A stretch of DNA of 32,489 nucleotides from positions 1 through 32,489 of the forward strand of contig JAQGDQ010001614.1 of assembly GCA_030141605.1 (NCBI GenBank). The letters run 5' to 3'. Every line of letters begins with the position of its first letter. Within the stretch, counting starts at the first letter, position 1. The notes beneath the pieces are model-generated. The model made no database searches. It had not been told where the DNA came from and worked only from the letters and a program-made list of their open reading frames with translations. Shown piece after piece: positions 1 through 32,489 of the stretch. Source of the DNA: Tubiluchus corallicola. Taxonomy: Eukaryota > Animalia > Priapulida. The position numbers and the translations under genes are program-made.

Positions 1-59
1 TAGCTGTTCACTTTTGACCACGTCCTTAAATATGGTTGGAGTAATTCATTCCCAGTGAA

Positions 60-385
60 CTAATTCGAAAAATAAACCATCAATGGCATGACACTAGATC
101 GAGACCTTTCGTTTGATATATAGATCGCCGCAAATGGTGCCGTCGTCAAAGCTGGAGCCTCGAATCTTATATATATATAAATATATAGTATTGCGGGAGA
201 TTCAAAATGAAGACAAACTAAAATTCCTTTCAATATATGGATAAAATTGCTATAAAGTAATATAATTTTTCAAGGCGAGTTTTCTGAAACCTACTTCAGG
301 TACCCCTTTTCTTGTCTTTTAACTATATGTGTTATATTATATATATATATATAACATACCAGTAGAATTAATATATACGATATAT
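60..385 (-). repeat. Family A copy interrupted by a family B fragment (187-322)
   Basis: 64-175 and 346-385 are the reverse complement of the family A head. Confidence 0.85.
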
Positions 386-462
386 ACATATTAAGGAGTT
401 AATATGATGAGGAAAACATGAAATTTTAAACACCCATTGAGGTAAACAAAGAGAAACATTAC

Positions 463-32489
<32,027 letters not shown>

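Overview
AT-rich metazoan (probably invertebrate) genomic DNA. The whole window lies inside one minus-strand xanthine dehydrogenase/oxidoreductase (XDH) gene. I read 19 GT-AG exons that splice in frame into about 847 codons, running from the 2Fe-2S domain through the FAD domain into the Moco domain; both ends of the gene lie outside the window. The introns are full of repeats: a 5'-truncated but uninterrupted non-LTR retrotransposon RT ORF, tRNA-derived SINEs, hAT-, piggyBac-, Kolobok- and Tigger-like MITEs, a Penelope-type minimal hammerhead ribozyme, and many tandem arrays. The most unusual pattern is that three tandem arrays (22 bp x ~50, 82 bp x 5, ~131 bp x ~2.7) are built from the gene's own exon-end plus 5' splice donor, creating runs of decoy donors. 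Several other arrays start just inside the 5' end of introns. There are also signs of locally templated insertions at (TA)n and microsatellite sites. All family assignments and residue numbering come from recalled motifs, not from database searches.
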